The notes: a model not told the origin generated them from the letters alone. Shown: positions 1 through 17,199, counted from the stretch's first letter. The stretch is 64,000 nucleotides of DNA from Sminthopsis crassicaudata (GCF_048593235.1 NC_133617.1:673486958-673550957), one strand, 5' to 3'. Program-made: numbers and translations.

Positions 1-4002
<4,002 letters not shown>

Positions 4003-4819
4003 TCAAGCGGGGCCCTTCCATTCGGGCGCCCGGCCTCCAGACAGAGCCCAGCCCGATGGAAGAGGCCCACCCTGAGGGTCAGGACAACCGGGTTTTCAGG
4101 CATTTCCCTTCTCTGAGCCTTACCTCTCTCAAAGCCTTCCCAGGGAGTTTGTGAGCATGAGAGGAGAGGAGATAAAACCAGGCTTTGTCAGCTACCGAGC
4201 ACTATATAAATGTGATTATTCACGTTATAATTATTACACATAAAATACTTCCCGCGCCGCAGCTGAGGAGGAGGGAAGGACTGGCAAGAGGGGCCATGTT
4301 GTCCATGCCCCAGAGACAGGCGTCCTAGCCTACCTTCCAAGGGCAGGATGGACCAGAGCAATAACTCGTGACCCCTGTGATCTCCCGTCACCTCCTTACT
4401 CAGGTCACGAGATGTCTCACCTCAGCCTGGTGAGAGACCCTTTAAGATCTGGCTCCAGCTTCCTCTCCCCTCCCCCCCATGGCCCCTTGGCTCCAGCCAT
4501 CTGGTTTCCTCCTCATCTTTCATACATTTCTTGCCTCCAGGTCTTTGTTGACAGTGGTACCTTCCCAGCCCCTTCTCCATCTCTCTTGCTCTTTAGGATA
4601 CAACTCAGAAGTCCACCTTCTCTGGGAAGCCTCCTCTCCCAAGCCTTGTAAGCATTGCAGCACTGGGATAAGATAACTCTCGGGCCTGGTCTTCCCCAAA
4701 GTGGGAACCAGTGTGGGCCCTGACTCCAGTCCTCCTCTGCCTCCCCCAGGTTACGGGCAGCTTGAGGGAAGCATCCAGTGTCTGTCTAGAACCCAAATTT
4801 CTGGATTTCCAGCCTAGGG

Positions 4820-4829
4820 CTATTTTTAA
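4820..4829. promoter_or_regulatory. MEF2 consensus site in the PCBP4 5' intronic region
   Basis: CTATTTTTAA matches CTA(A/T)4TAR. Motif match only. Confidence 0.25.
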
Positions 4830-5602
4830 TTAATGCTGGTGGAGGAGGGAAATCTATGTCCTGCCTGATTATGAAACAGTATAAAAAGTCTCACACTGAC
4901 CAGCAGTGCCAGTCAGTAGCGAAGCAGAGCGAGCCAGGGAGGGCTGGATTCTGGTGCATTGGTGGGTGACCCTGGGTAAGACCCATAACCCCTCGAGGTC
5001 TGGGAACTCCTCTGAACGCCCCCGCACCAAGAAGTCCCGGTTCTGGTCATCTCTATCCAGTCACTGGTTTCTAGCCCTAACTAGACATGTGGCTCTGGAC
5101 AACTCAATCTTCTCCCACGGGTCAATCAGTGTGTTTCTAAGATGGGAAGCTATCCCGATTCCTCTTCGTGTTAGGGCCTTCTATTCCCAATTCTCTGAGG
5201 CTTATTTGTGCACAGTTGTGGGTCTGACCTTGTCAGAAGGTGGGCTCCCTGAAGGCAGGAGCTGTCTGGTCCTTCTTTGTAAGCCCGCACTTAGCACAAG
5301 GGTCTACAGCACTGAAAAGCTCACTGACCCTTTTGTCCCACCAGAAACAAAATGGTTCATTGGAGATATCAAAGTGCTTTGCGAAGAGCAAGAGACGCCA
5401 TATAAGTGTCAGGGGTTGTTAATGTTATTAGCGGGACCCCCCTGAAGAAGGTGGAGCTGAGCATAAGGCTGGGATTAAGCCCCTAGGGTTCTGAGCCCCT
5501 CCCTGCCACCTGCCCCTCCCCTGGCCACTCTTGGCCCCTTTCCCCCCACACCAGTTTTAATCCTAGACCTTAATCCTGCTTGGAAATCCTTGCCCAGTTT
5601 GC

Positions 5603-5623
5603 ATTGGCCAATCCCCCGCCCCC
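5603..5623. promoter_or_regulatory. CCAAT palindrome plus GC box; possible internal/alternative PCBP4 promoter element
   Basis: ATTGGCCAAT (5603-5612) lies directly next to CCCCGCCCC (5614-5622). TATA-like words occur at about 5878 (+) and 5910 (-). Confidence 0.3.
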
Positions 5624-8600
5624 TGAAACAAACCAACCAGCCCAAAGATGAAAGCAGCGGGGGCCGGGTGGGCCGGACACAAATGAGGGGGTTCCAGTTC
5701 ATGTGTGTGGTAGTGAGACAAAGAGTGCCCTGACTTGGGGAGACCAAGCCCCCAGGCCTTTCTCTAGCCAGACAGACAAGTCCTTCCCACCCGAGCCCTT
5801 TCATACATGCAGGTAATGGGGGTGTCTCCATTGATAGCCCCGACTCCTCAGTGGGGGTGCAGGGGAGGGGTCTCTGGCTATAAAAGGCTTCTCCCCGTGT
5901 TCACTGTTTTTTATATAGAAGCACCCTGTCTATCCCTTCATAGGCTGCAGCTTCTGAGGGTAGCAAGCAACAGCCGATCTTTTCTTCCCTTCTCTGCAAG
6001 GGCAGAGAAACAGTACAGGGAAGAGGATACCAAGGGAAGAGCCGGGTCTTGCTCCCCCAGTTCTGTCCCTTTCTGGCCTTCTTGGAACCATGTCCTCACC
6101 TATAAAAGGAGAAATTCAGACTAAGGGGGATTTAGGATCTTCTTCATCTCTGATATTCTTAGGGTGAGACCCTCCAGGAGGACTAGAAATGGGGTCCCCA
6201 ATGCCTCTGCCTCCTGCTTGGCGGGGCTTTCCTGACCCCAGCTGGGCCAGATTCTTCAGGGAGCCCACTGCTTATCAGTCATTCCAGGACTGGCTTTCTG
6301 CAGTTATTTATTGCTCTGGCCAGGTTGGGCAGGGTGACAGTGGGCGTTGGGCCCCTGCCCAGGGCCATGTGGCTGCCACGCGTCAGGACAGACTGACCTC
6401 ATCCTCACCTCAGGGGGGTTTGGGGGGGCACAGCTCCCTCGTTACAGCTCTCCTGTCAGCAAGAGACCTCTTATCGAGCTACCCCCTTTACTTTTCTAAG
6501 GAATTCCCCAAACGGGCCCCTAACCCCCCATGGATCCAGCTCCCAGGGTTTCATCCCCAGCCCCCAGTGCCCTGTTCCTGTAGTCTTCTCCACTCCCACC
6601 CCTCACCCACGCTGCCGGATGGGGCACAGGGGTGACAGCTGTGTAAGCAGCCTGACCCCCCTCTCTCCCCTCCCTTCACTTTCCTACCCCTCCCCCCTCC
6701 AGCTGTCTCCATCCTGTGACAGCTGCCCCACTGAAGGGCTGGGGGCTTAGCTAGCCCCCTCTCCCTCAGATCGAGTGTCCACCCAAGCTTTGTTCTAGGG
6801 TAGAACAATCCAGTGGGGGTGGGGTGGGGAGGGGAGGGAAGAAGGCTCTGGGGGCCAGAGAGGGAGTGGGGGTGGGTTGACTCTAAACTGCCCATGGAGG
6901 GATTCCCTCCCCCCCCCCCTTCAGTGCAGGCTCCAGAGGAGGAGAGAAGTGGCTGGGAGTGGGGGTGGGCTCCTGGGCTTGGCTGCAGGGCTCAGGCCCA
7001 CCCCTGGAGGGCTCTTTACGCCCCACTCCTTTCTCAGGCCCCATGGCCCCAACTCCTTTTTTGCCAGCTACACATCCTTCAGCAGCCCTAGGGACAGCCT
7101 GTGGCAACTGCTTCCGAGTTAGGCTGTCCTAGATCGGAGCGATTTCCCCCAGTTAGCATCTCCTGCTGGATGCCATCTCCTAACCAGGGCCATACTTAGG
7201 CGGCCCCCTCTGTCAAGCCCGGCCCGACCGAGGCGGCAGTGAGAGGCTAGGCCCTCAAGCCATCTGCTGGGCACATGGAAGCCCAAGGCACAAGGGAGGG
7301 AGGCAGAGTTCTAGGTCCCTTGGATCTGGGGAGAGGGGAATGGAAGAAAGAGGGGGATTGGTCCCTTTCAAGGCCCCTTTTGGCGCATACCCTCCTCTGC
7401 TAGTCCCTTGGGTTCTTTGAAAAAAAATAATTTTTTTGTATCTGCATGGCTGAGACAATTCTATAAATTAGCTGTTATTGTTATTTCTGGCCTCTCCCTC
7501 CAAAAGTGCTATTTTTTTCTCTGCAACCAAAATTTCTTTTAACCAGCCCTAGTTGCTCATCAAAGGAAGAACCTTTATAAAAGACGCTTAGCGGCGGACA
7601 GGACGAAAGAACAAAGTTCCCCCTCAATATTTAGAGATCTAAATGTACATGTTCCGGGGACACAACCCGGGGATTGCGGAAAAGCCACCCTCACACACCA
7701 TAAATCCACGGCTGCTTTTACAGAAGACAGCGGGGGGGTTGGAGAAAGACCCAGAATTAAGCGGGCATGAGTTCCAATTCTGACCCCCAGCTCTCACTCA
7801 GTACCTGCGTGACCTTGGGCAAGCAAAAGTAAAAACTTCTGCCTCAGTTTCCTCATTAGCAAAACTGGGGGGATGGGTGAGGGGGAATATGTCCTCTACG
7901 GGCTCTTCCAGCTCTGACCTCTGCTCCCTTTCTCCTGCGTTCAGGTGTTTTGAAGGCCGTTTGTTTCTCTCTGCCAAACTCCCAGAAATGAATGTTCCAG
8001 CTGAATCCCAGCAGTCAGGGCCCGGCCAGGAGATGGGGACCTGGCAGCTGGGGGGGGGGGGCAAATCAGACAAATGAAGTCATCTGCCCCAGTCCCTCGG
8101 CTCAGGGGTCTGGGTCTCAGGATCAGCCCCTGACAGGGAGGGATGCCCCGCCCAGGGCAGAGGCACAGGACACCTCAGGGATGCTTCAAGCCCTTTAGGG
8201 CATTAACCTCACAGTCCCTGGATTATTCCTTCCCACACTCCTGAGATCGGAGAGCTGGCCAAAGCCTGGTCACCGACCTTCTGGGCCAATCTGCGGGGGT
8301 CTGAGTCCCAGCCCCTTTCCCGAGCCAGCTTCCCTCGGGGGGAGACTAGTGGGGAACAACAACTGCCGGGGCCCAGATCTGGCGGGGACGGGGGTCCGCC
8401 AGCCTCTCACTTTGGGAATATCCACTGAGTCACAGAGACTGCAGGATGAGGGAGAGGCGGGGAAAGGGGTGAAGCTGGCGGCGGGCAGGAAAGGGTGCTG
8501 ATCCCCTATCCAGCACTAGCCTGCCGGGCCCCCGGGCCTGAGGGGAGCCACAGGGGGTCACGGCATCCCCGATTTCCCAGCTTACAGGCCTTACGGGTGG

Positions 8601-9999
8601 CCAGGGCTTCACCCCCTTCCCCACTTTACGAATGAAGAAACAGATCCATGACTTGCTCAAGGTCAGAGTCAGAGCCAGAACTAGAACTCCAATCTCAGAC
8701 GACCCAAGTATCTCGCACTAACCAGAGCCATGGGACAGAGTGGGAAGGGATCAGGCGCTGGAGGAGGGGCAGCCCCTGAGCTAGGGGGCAGAAGGGCTGG
8801 GTCTCAGCGCACGTTGCCTGCCTCCATCCCTCTCAGGCCTGAGCCTGGCTGGGGTGTGTGGGCTGTGGGCACCCCCCCCACCCAGCCTCCCTCTCTGAGC
8901 AACCAGAGAGAACAATCCCCTTGTGTTTGGACCATCCAGCTCTGCATGCTGATGAAAGGGGGGCTCCTGGGGGAGGGGAGCAAGGACACTGGGCAGCTAG
9001 GACCCTGCAGGGGCTATCCCTTGGTGGGGGAGCCTGGGAGAAGGGGTCCAGAACACTAGGCAGGATTGAAGCTGGGCCCTCAAGGAGGACACTCCTTAAG
9101 AGAAAGAGGAGCAGGCCCCTGAGTGGGGAGGGGTCTTGATAAGGGGAGGGAGCTGGGGGGGTACTTAGGGAAGAAGAGCTGGGGGAGCCTGACTGCGCAT
9201 AAAGGCAGGGTGGAGTTGCCAAGCAGGAGGGTTAGGAATGGAGGTTGCAGAGGGTCAAGGTCCCGCATTTATGGGTCCCTAGTGTTCGCCCCTCTCAATG
9301 CCACTTCCCTGGGGGGGGGGAATGGAAGGGACAGAGAGGGCAGGAGCCCTGAAATGCCAAGGGTCATGAGATGGCGGTCAGAGTGCAGCGGGCACCTCCC
9401 TGCGTTTCCCTGGGCCAGTGGTCCTGCGGGTGCTGGGGCCCTGCATGGTGGGGGGCCACTGAGCACTCTGACTCCAGGCTATGGGGAGGACAACAGGGGA
9501 GGGGGTGCAGCTGCCCAGGACTCCATCCCTGTCTCACATTGGGAGCCAGGATCCCACAGACTGGAGCCCCTTGGCTGTAGAGAGCAGGGGCACCTGAGCC
9601 ATCACGGCTGGAAGCTGAACAAATGGCAATGAGGCTGGGCCGGAGAGGGCTGAAGTCGGGGCAGGGCTCCGGAGAGAAAAAGTGGGTGGTCTGGGAGCTT
9701 GGGGGAGCTTGTTTAGGGTCAGGCAGCCTGAGAACGTGGGCGGGGGGCGGGGGGCCTGGGGTGGAGGAGCTTGGCTCTAAGTATTACAGGTGTCTGGGTG
9801 TCCGCCTGAGCCAGAGCTGGGGCTCAGGGAGTGGGATGGGGACGCTAGAGTGGAGAAAGCTGGGGGGGGCATTGGATCCAAGGACCCGGGGTGGGGGGGG
9901 TGGGTGCAGGGCTCTGGACAGAAACCAAATCAGCCCCTGGCCGGCCAGACCCACCCCTCCCTGCCCCCCCCAGCCCAGCCCCGCCTGCGCAAGCGTCCT

Positions 10000-10920
10000 C
10001 GGTTCTCCCTGTCCCTCGGGGGCCAGCAGGGTGTGTTCCCTGCAGCCCCGGGTCCGGCACTGCGGCCTCTTCCCTCCCGGTCCCCCACCCCCGAAATCCG
10101 AGCCCCCTAGGAAAGGCCCCCACCCCCCTTTTCAACTTTCCCCCAGGGTCCGGCTGGGGTCTGTGGTTGACGCCCCTGCCTGCTGGGGCCCTGGAGTCAC
10201 CTGCTGGGAGGAGGGTCTCTCCCAGTCCCCTGGCGGGGCCAGGCGTCTGCCGTGCCCCCTGCCCGCCTGTCCGGCCCGGGGTGCAGTCCCTCTCCTCCCC
10301 AGGCAGGGTCCCTGCCCCTTCCCCCTCCCGGTCCGGCCCGGCCCAGCCCAGCCCAGCTCAGCCCAGCCCAGCCCAGCCTGCCGGTACCTCTGGGGTCTGT
10401 CCTGCAGCGCTGGGGGGGTGGCTGGGCCGCTCAGTGCCACATTGTCCCCGGGAGAGGCGGCCGCTCACAACTGCTAGTGACATCAGCTGCGAACAATGAA
10501 GTGTTTGACAGGCGAGCCCGAGCCGGGCCAGGAGCACGGGAATATGTGTGCCCCCCCCCCTCGCCCAGCCTCCCTCCCTTCCCTCCCTCCCCTCGGCCTG
10601 CCCGCCCGCCCGCCAGCCCCTCCCCTCCCCCAACCCCCTCCCCTCCCTCTGGGATCCGATTACAGCAGATAAAGGCGCCAGGGCCCCAACAATGCCGCAG
10701 CCCCGAGCTCCAGCCCAGCCCAGATGCCAGGGAGGCCAGGGCTGCCCCCTCCCCGGGATGCGCTGACCGGCTGGCACGGGACGCTCGGCGCCCCCTCCCT
10801 CGCACCCACCTGCTTCCCTCCCGGCAAGCTCCCTGCCCTTGCGGGCTCCCATCCTCCTCCGGCCTCCCTCTGCTACAGCAACCAGCCCCTTTCTCCCGGG
10901 GGTCGGGCTTCCCTCTCCCA
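10000..10920 (-). promoter_or_regulatory. CpG-rich probable main PCBP4 promoter and non-coding first exon
   Basis: GC/CpG-dense island. A minus-strand donor CCAGAG|GTACCG lies at 10388/10387, and a CRE-like TGACATCA near 10478. The position upstream of the PCBP4 coding exons fits the human layout. TSS not determinable. Confidence 0.55.
10336..10380. repeat. (GCCCA)n pentanucleotide tandem repeat, about 9 units
   Basis: gcccg gccca gccca gccca gctca gccca gccca gccca gcctg. Confidence 0.9.
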
Positions 10921-11539
10921 TCTCTCCTCCTCTCCCTCAGGCCCCTCAGCCTTCAAATGAAGGACTTGGACTAGAGGATTTCTAAGGAATCTCTCCGCTC
11001 TCCCTATCTGGGTGTGGGCTTGGGGGGGGAGGGACACCCCCACCAAGAACTGCCTCAGACCCAGGCCGAGCCATTTTCTACACCCTAAATCCCAGTGACC
11101 CAAAGTCCCTCAAGAGTCTGTTGCTCCAGCTGGAGCACCTAGTGTGGGGTGTAGGGGAGGACAAAAGGGAGAAGGGGCTGCTCAGCTGTTTCCAGGGGTC
11201 CTAGAGGCAGGTCCACCCTTGCCCCCCGGGGGACCCATTGGGCCTCAGTTTCTCTAACACCCCCTTTCTCATGATCAATAATAAATATTAAAGAGCCAAC
11301 ATGATACTGGGAATGGCCTCCAAGTTAGGAAGGCCTGGGTCCAAACTCTGGACCTGAGGACTGGTTCCCCCCAAGACAATTCTAAGCATCAGACTTAGGA
11401 AACAAGTAATGTTGTTACCTGCTTTGGAAGGGAAGGGGAGAAAGGAACCACCATTTCTATAGGACCGACACATCCTGGGCTAAGCACTTTTCACAAATAT
11501 TATCTCATTTGATCCTGACAATAATCCTGCTGAGATAGG

Positions 11540-11704
11540 TGCTCCCACTTTGGTGGAGGTCTCTCTACCAAATATATGCTCACTGCGAGTTTCCTAGATC
11601 CCACTTTCTTGAATTGTGATTCATGACCCCAAATGAGGTCTCATAACTGAATGAGGGAATCACCAAATTAAAATTTATTATCAGTAAATATCTGATTTCA
11701 TGCC

Positions 11705-11778
<74 letters not shown>

Positions 11779-11850
11779 GGAGTCATGTAAAAAATTCATA
11801 GCCAAAAAGGGGTGGCACATGGAAAACGTTTAAGAAGCCCTGCCCTAGAT
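11540..11850. mobile_element. Probable non-autonomous hAT/Charlie-like DNA transposon remnant containing a (TA)n run
   Basis: Ends in GTTTAAGAAGCCCTG, the reverse complement of CAGGGCTTCTTAAAC, a hAT-like terminal repeat also seen near 28385. The left boundary is uncertain. Confidence 0.35.
11708..11778. repeat. (TA)n microsatellite, about 35 units with one interruption
   Basis: Direct reading of the sequence. Confidence 0.97.
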
Positions 11851-12451
11851 CAATAAAATCACTGATTTAGTTAAAAAAAAAAAAAAGCCTTTGAAGATTT
11901 TCAAATTATTTCCCTTAAAACATCTGCAAAATAAGTAGCAAATGAATTATTCTTATTTTACAGATGATGAAATATGATTAGCCGAAGTGACTTCAGGTGA
12001 TGGATGTGGCTAGTAAGTTTGGGAGCTGGAACCAGCTCTTCTAACACTAAATCTGGTATCCAATGCACTATAAATTAGGACTCTCTGAATGAAGTGTGTG
12101 TGTCTAAGTTCAAGAAATCCCCCCTCCCCCCACAGAGACCAGAGCAGGAGGTAAGGGGGCCAATTAACCATTCGGTATACAGGGCTGCCCAACCCCCATG
12201 AAGCAAAGTCCCTTCGAAGTAAGCGGATCATCCTGGGTGCTCTGATCTCCTTGCACCCAACTGACCCTCTTGGGACCTTGGGGGGGGCGAAGATGCAATG
12301 CAAGTCCACACTCCCATCTGCCCAGAAGGACAAGGGTCACAAGGCCATCTGCTGTACAGGAAGGGGGGGGGTGGAATAAGGAAGGGATCTGGTCAAGGTA
12401 ACAACGTCTGAGCTGCTGAGGCAAGGACAGGCAACGAGAGGATCTGATCTC

Positions 12452-12457
12452 TTTATT
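12452..12457 (-). terminator. Candidate polyadenylation signal for ABHD14B
   Basis: TTTATT on plus = AATAAA on minus, about 770 nt after the ABHD14B stop. Use is unverified. Confidence 0.35.
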
Positions 12458-13222
12458 TTCTGTTCCTCTCCCAAGCCCCATGATTCAAGGGCAGGAAAAG
12501 GCAGGCTCTTTGAGCATCAGGAACCCGGTGTCAGGACAGAAAGAGGAAGGAGATCCCTCAACAAGTGTTAATGCTGACCTCCTTCCTCTGGCAGAGGCCA
12601 GAGAGAAGCAGAATAGAAAGGAGTGCCCACTACAGGACCCCTGAACTCCAGCGCCCAGAACCCTGAGGGCCAAGACCTTCCCCACCAGTCCAGGGAGCTC
12701 CTCTGCTCCTGGACACCTCAGCTGGCAAGGCCAGGGATGTCCACTGGATGTGTTGCTACATGTGCATATATGTTCCTGGATGTAGATATACGGGAGTGCA
12801 TCTGTAATCCTATATGTGCATGTGTGAGCACAAACAGATGAAGAGGAGGGGGGGTGGAGAAGCCTGCAAAAAAGGACCTAAGAAGGGCTGGAGGTGGGAG
12901 GGAGCAGAGGACACACAAGGAGAGAAACGTTTCTAATAAATTACCCTCCACGTGGATGAGATTCCTGGTCTCACCTCATTATTTCTCCTGATTCTTCTCA
13001 TGCACCTAAAGAGAGACAGACAGACAGACAGAAACCTGGCACTAGAGACAGCTCCCTTTGAGCAGACAGGCAGGTGGAGAGTTGGACAGAGGCTGTCAGA
13101 CAGGCTGGCTAGAAAGAGAGGGAAGAAGCCAGGTAAAAGGGGCAGGAATGTGGCTATCAGTCCCCTTCCCTCCCCCCAATCAGTAGGGGTGGGTCCGGGT
13201 AGGCCTGGACCAGCTCAGGCCC

Positions 13223-16153
13223 CTAGGACAGCCCATTCAGGAAATCCAGGAGCCCGGAGTGCCATTCATCGGGCTTGTCCAGGTAGCAGGGGTGTCCCGC
13301 GCCTTTCATCACCATCACCTGGTGGTTAGGCAGCTGTTGCAGGTGCTGGAGGCTCGACTCCCCCATGGGATCCTGGTCTCCATACACGATCAGGGTGGGA
13401 GTCTGGGAAGAAGTAGAAGGGTGCAGGAAGCTATCAGGGCCTGTTCACTTCAGCCACCCCTAACCCCTGCCCCTAACATCATCTACCAGGAGGACCTGCT
13501 CTCTGTTCTCAGTCTTCAGGTCGGCTGGATGAGAAAGCAGATGAGAGCCATGATGGCAGGGGCAAGGTCTGGGAGGCTTCCCAAAGGGGGAGGTCCCACA
13601 TCAAAGGAATGATCCAGATCAGACCCGGAGTGGCAGGCAGCCTCCAACTTGGGTCAGCCCTTCCCCTTTCGTGCAGAAGGGGCATCCTTTAAAAAATGTC
13701 CAGTTTGCTTTCAATATTTATTTATTAAATGCTTATAGCATCCAGAGCACCATGCTCTTACTACTACTAGCCCTATTGAATAAATGGGCAAGGGAAGGGA
13801 AAGGCTTTAAGGTAACTATCCAGATAAGTTATAAGGGCTTTTTCCCCCTCTCTTTTTCTTTCTTGTTCTTTCCCTTTCCTTCTCTTTCTTTCTCCCTTTC
13901 TTCCAATGGTAAGGGAAGAGAGTAAATAAATGCTTGTGAATTGAAAAATGATTTTTAAAGGGGTTTCACTAAGACAGAGTCATTCTGTTCTCTGAGCTTC
14001 CTGTCTAGCAGGGGAATATTCTCAGCAGCCTCAGTCCCTGCCTGGGGGGGGGACGTCCGTGCCCTAGCTTATGTCTTGTCTGCTTCCCCCCAGACTCACA
14101 TACCTTCACACGGCCATAGTCAGCCGGGCTGACTTTATCTGTGCAGATGGGGGCCACAGGCACATAGCCACAGAGCTGGGAGCCGGGGGCTGTGAGGAAG
14201 GGCAGCGAATACATTCCGCTGAGAGACGGGCTGACCACGACCGTGGAGCCCAGCTCCAGAGCCTCCAGCACTGTCTGCAGAAAGCTGCTAGGGGCCAGCT
14301 CCCCGATGGCTGTGGGGGCAGATGCTTCCTTGGAATGTCCTAGACCTGGAGGAAGGAGGGGAAGGAGGAAGACAGTGGGGGTAAACTGGGGAGAACAAAT
14401 AGTTCACCTACTCCCAGAAATCCTCCCAAATCATCCCTCCCAACTGCCTCTGATCAATTGTTTTGTATCAGAAAGGATTTAAAGACATCGGAGTCACAAA
14501 GAACTGAGCTCAAATCCAGACTCGAAGGGGATGTTTTTGTTTCTGGAAAAATCACAATCTCCCTGCCTCAGTTTCCTCATCAGTACAATGGTGATCCTCA
14601 CTCGTAACATAGGGATAATAACAGCTCCTGTCTCCCAGGGTTGATCCATTGAGTTACTATTTGTAAAACTCCTCACAAACCTTAAAGTATGAAAATTCTC
14701 ACTAGCTACTCTCCCCTTTGCAGAGCGAAGTGTAGAAGTGGGCTGAACAAATATTTCTACTATATTTAACATACACTGGACTACTTGCCATCTAGGAGAG
14801 GGGGTGGGAGAAGGGGGTAGCTGGAGCACAAGGTTTTGCGAGGGCTCATGTTGCAGAATTATCTACGCACATGTTTTGAAAAATAAAGCTTTTAAAAAAA
14901 AGTGTGTTGGAGACAGTTAAGTTCAAAACCTGTTTCCAGAACTCAGTAGCTGTAAGTAAGTGGGACAAGCGGCCGGAAGGCCCAGGGAGGAGGAAGGACG
15001 GCGGTCTAAGGGTGACGCCAGGGCAGAGGCGTGGGGAAGGTGGGAGACCCAGCAATGAGGCCCAACTGAGGGGTGGGCAGGGACGAGAAGCCGAGGTTAG
15101 AGCCGGGACGGTGGGGGAAGCTGGGGGGGCGCTGGGTCACAGAGCGCCAGCCGGCACCACAAGCCGCCTCTTTATTTTGTTCTTGAAGTGGAGGGCGAGA
15201 TGTGGGGGACACCCAGCACGCGGTAGTGTAGCGGAGAATAAATAGATCTGGAAAGAATTAGCACAGAGATGCTGCTTGGGTGTCTGTACATGCAAATGAC
15301 CGTTAGGTTTTTTATTGCATGCAAACATTCCGCCCTCTTACCTGGGGGGGATGGTGGAAAGGGGTGTCCCTGAGGGTCACCCTGGGTTCCCATCCCCCAT
15401 TCTCTCCCCAGTAGCCAGCTTAGGACTCTCCAAAGGTAGGGCATGGCTTAGGCCAGCAGGGGGAGGCCGGGCCTCCGCCATCTTTGGGGCAAGCCCATGA
15501 CACGCCCACTGCAGACGGGCTGTTTATTTGTGTGATATTGTGGAGAGAACCTGAATTCTGGTCGCAGCTCTGCTAGTCTCGGCCTCTGGGCCTGTTCAGA
15601 TAGAATGGCACTAAATTACTCCTGAGGTTCTGCCCCGCTTTGGCCTTCTGTAAATGACGGTCCCCCCTTCGGGAGGACACAGGGCCGGACGGACAGACTT
15701 CTCTGTCTCCAGTACAGAAGCACTAGGCGTCTCCCCTGCCCAGCCCCCCCTCAGGCCGCTCTGACACCCTATCCTGAGCAGCTCCAATTTTCACACAACA
15801 CGGAGGCGCTTGCGGGCTCAGGGCTGTAACCCCTCCCTTCGGACACAATCCGAATCCAGCTCCTGGGCCCTGCTCCTCGGGCCCCTCCCACACGCAGACG
15901 CCGCCGCTCTGCCTCCGGGACCCAAGCCCCCCAGCCCCGCACCTGGCAGATCAATGCCCACGGCCCGGTAGCCGGCCTGGGCCACCTTGTCCAGCGTGCC
16001 CAGCTTGAGCCAGGTCTCGGAGGAGAAGCGGATGCCGTGGAGCAGGAGCACAGAGAAGCGCGGGGTCTGCCCGCTGGCAGGCCGGGCCTCCCGGAAGAAG
16101 AGTTTCTGCCCCTGCACAGAGACGGTGCCTTCACTCAACTGGACGCCGGTCAT
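13223..16153 (-). CDS. ABHD14B: Alpha/beta hydrolase domain-containing protein 14B (lysine deacetylase), 210 aa
   Basis: Exons 15943-16153 ([23 protein letters not shown]...[13 protein letters not shown]...GIDLP-G), 14104-14345 (LGHSKEA...[16 protein letters not shown]...[16 protein letters not shown]) and 13223-13402 ([14 protein letters not shown]...[26 protein letters not shown]). Introns are GT-AG. The SxSxS nucleophile motif, Asp and His of the triad are intact. Confidence 0.97.
14490..14700 (+). mobile_element. MIR/CORE-SINE remnant in an ABHD14B intron
   Basis: CORE-type motif CTGCCTCAGTTTCCTCATC..., with a degenerate tRNA-like head (GAGTTCAAATCC-like). Confidence 0.6.
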
Positions 16154-17199
16154 GTCTCACCGCCGGTGCAGGGCCTGCTGGGACACGGAGGGCCCGGGGG
16201 AGTGGGTAACCAGGGGCTGGGAAAGCGAGGCGGCCCTCCCGAGCACAACGGACGGCGGGCCGAGAGGAAGGCAGGACCCAGACAGAGCAACAGTGGGGAC
16301 AGAAGGGACTGAAGGGACTGCACGCGTCCTACTGCACAGGGCGAACATGAAAGAGAAGACAAGGGGACAAGCGCGGATCAAGCACTCCCTAACGCCAGGT
16401 GCTGGGCAAAGCACTTCACAAGGCGGGGAGGGGCGATTATCATTATTCCCATTTTCTAGTTGAGGAGACTGAGGCTGTCCGGGGTAAGTGACTGGCCTGA
16501 GACTTCACGAATAAGGCCAGGGCCAGTGTCACGGTCAGGCTTTCCTGACTCAGGTCACTGCAGCCACCCGGCCGGCTCCAAACCCAACCAAATCCCACGC
16601 CTCCAGTGTGTCCGGGACACGTGAAGGCCGGGATCGGAGCCTCCCAGCCTCCGGGGGCCTGCAGGGAGCTGTCTGACTGATGCTTAGTGAGGGGAAAGCC
16701 CCCCACATGCGGATGGGGACGGGCCATGGGCGGGCCCAGGCTGAGAACACACGCTGCGTGTTCCTGGTCCTGTTCTGGGACGGATCATGGCGCTGCTCCG
16801 GCTTGTCCCAAGCTGGCCTGGCAGGTGGCCAAGGACACAGCAGATCACTACTCCCTCCCAGGGATCCCTCTCGGTCCGGACTTCCGCCTGGGGCCCGCCT
16901 CGGGCAGCAAAGAAGGCAGTGGGGGATGGGGCGAGGGGCTTCTGGGAAGACAAAAGAGCTGGAGGGGCCGAGAGAGGATCAAGGGGGGGGGGGCGGGGGT
17001 GTGGTGAGAAGACAGAGGCCACAAAATGGAGGCACTTGGTTCGGGAGGGAAGGGGAGGAGACACAGTACAAGTCGAGACAAAGGCTCCAGCAGCGGAGGC
17101 CCAGACACTGGAAGAGGGGAAAGGGCCGGGGAGCAGCAGGCGGGGAGACAGGCCGCCGGACCGGAGAGCGGGAAAGAACTGAGGGGGGGGAATCCACCG

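Noticed and set aside
9623-10974. Several 200-280 aa ORFs on both strands
   Set aside because: Pro/Gly/Ala/Arg-rich open frames are expected in a very GC-rich CpG island; no homology was recognised.
8000-12800. p53 response elements (PCBP4/MCG10 is a reported p53 target)
   Set aside because: Only isolated imperfect half-sites were seen by eye (e.g. TGACTTGCTC near 8648); no paired RRRCWWGYYY. A PWM scan would be needed.
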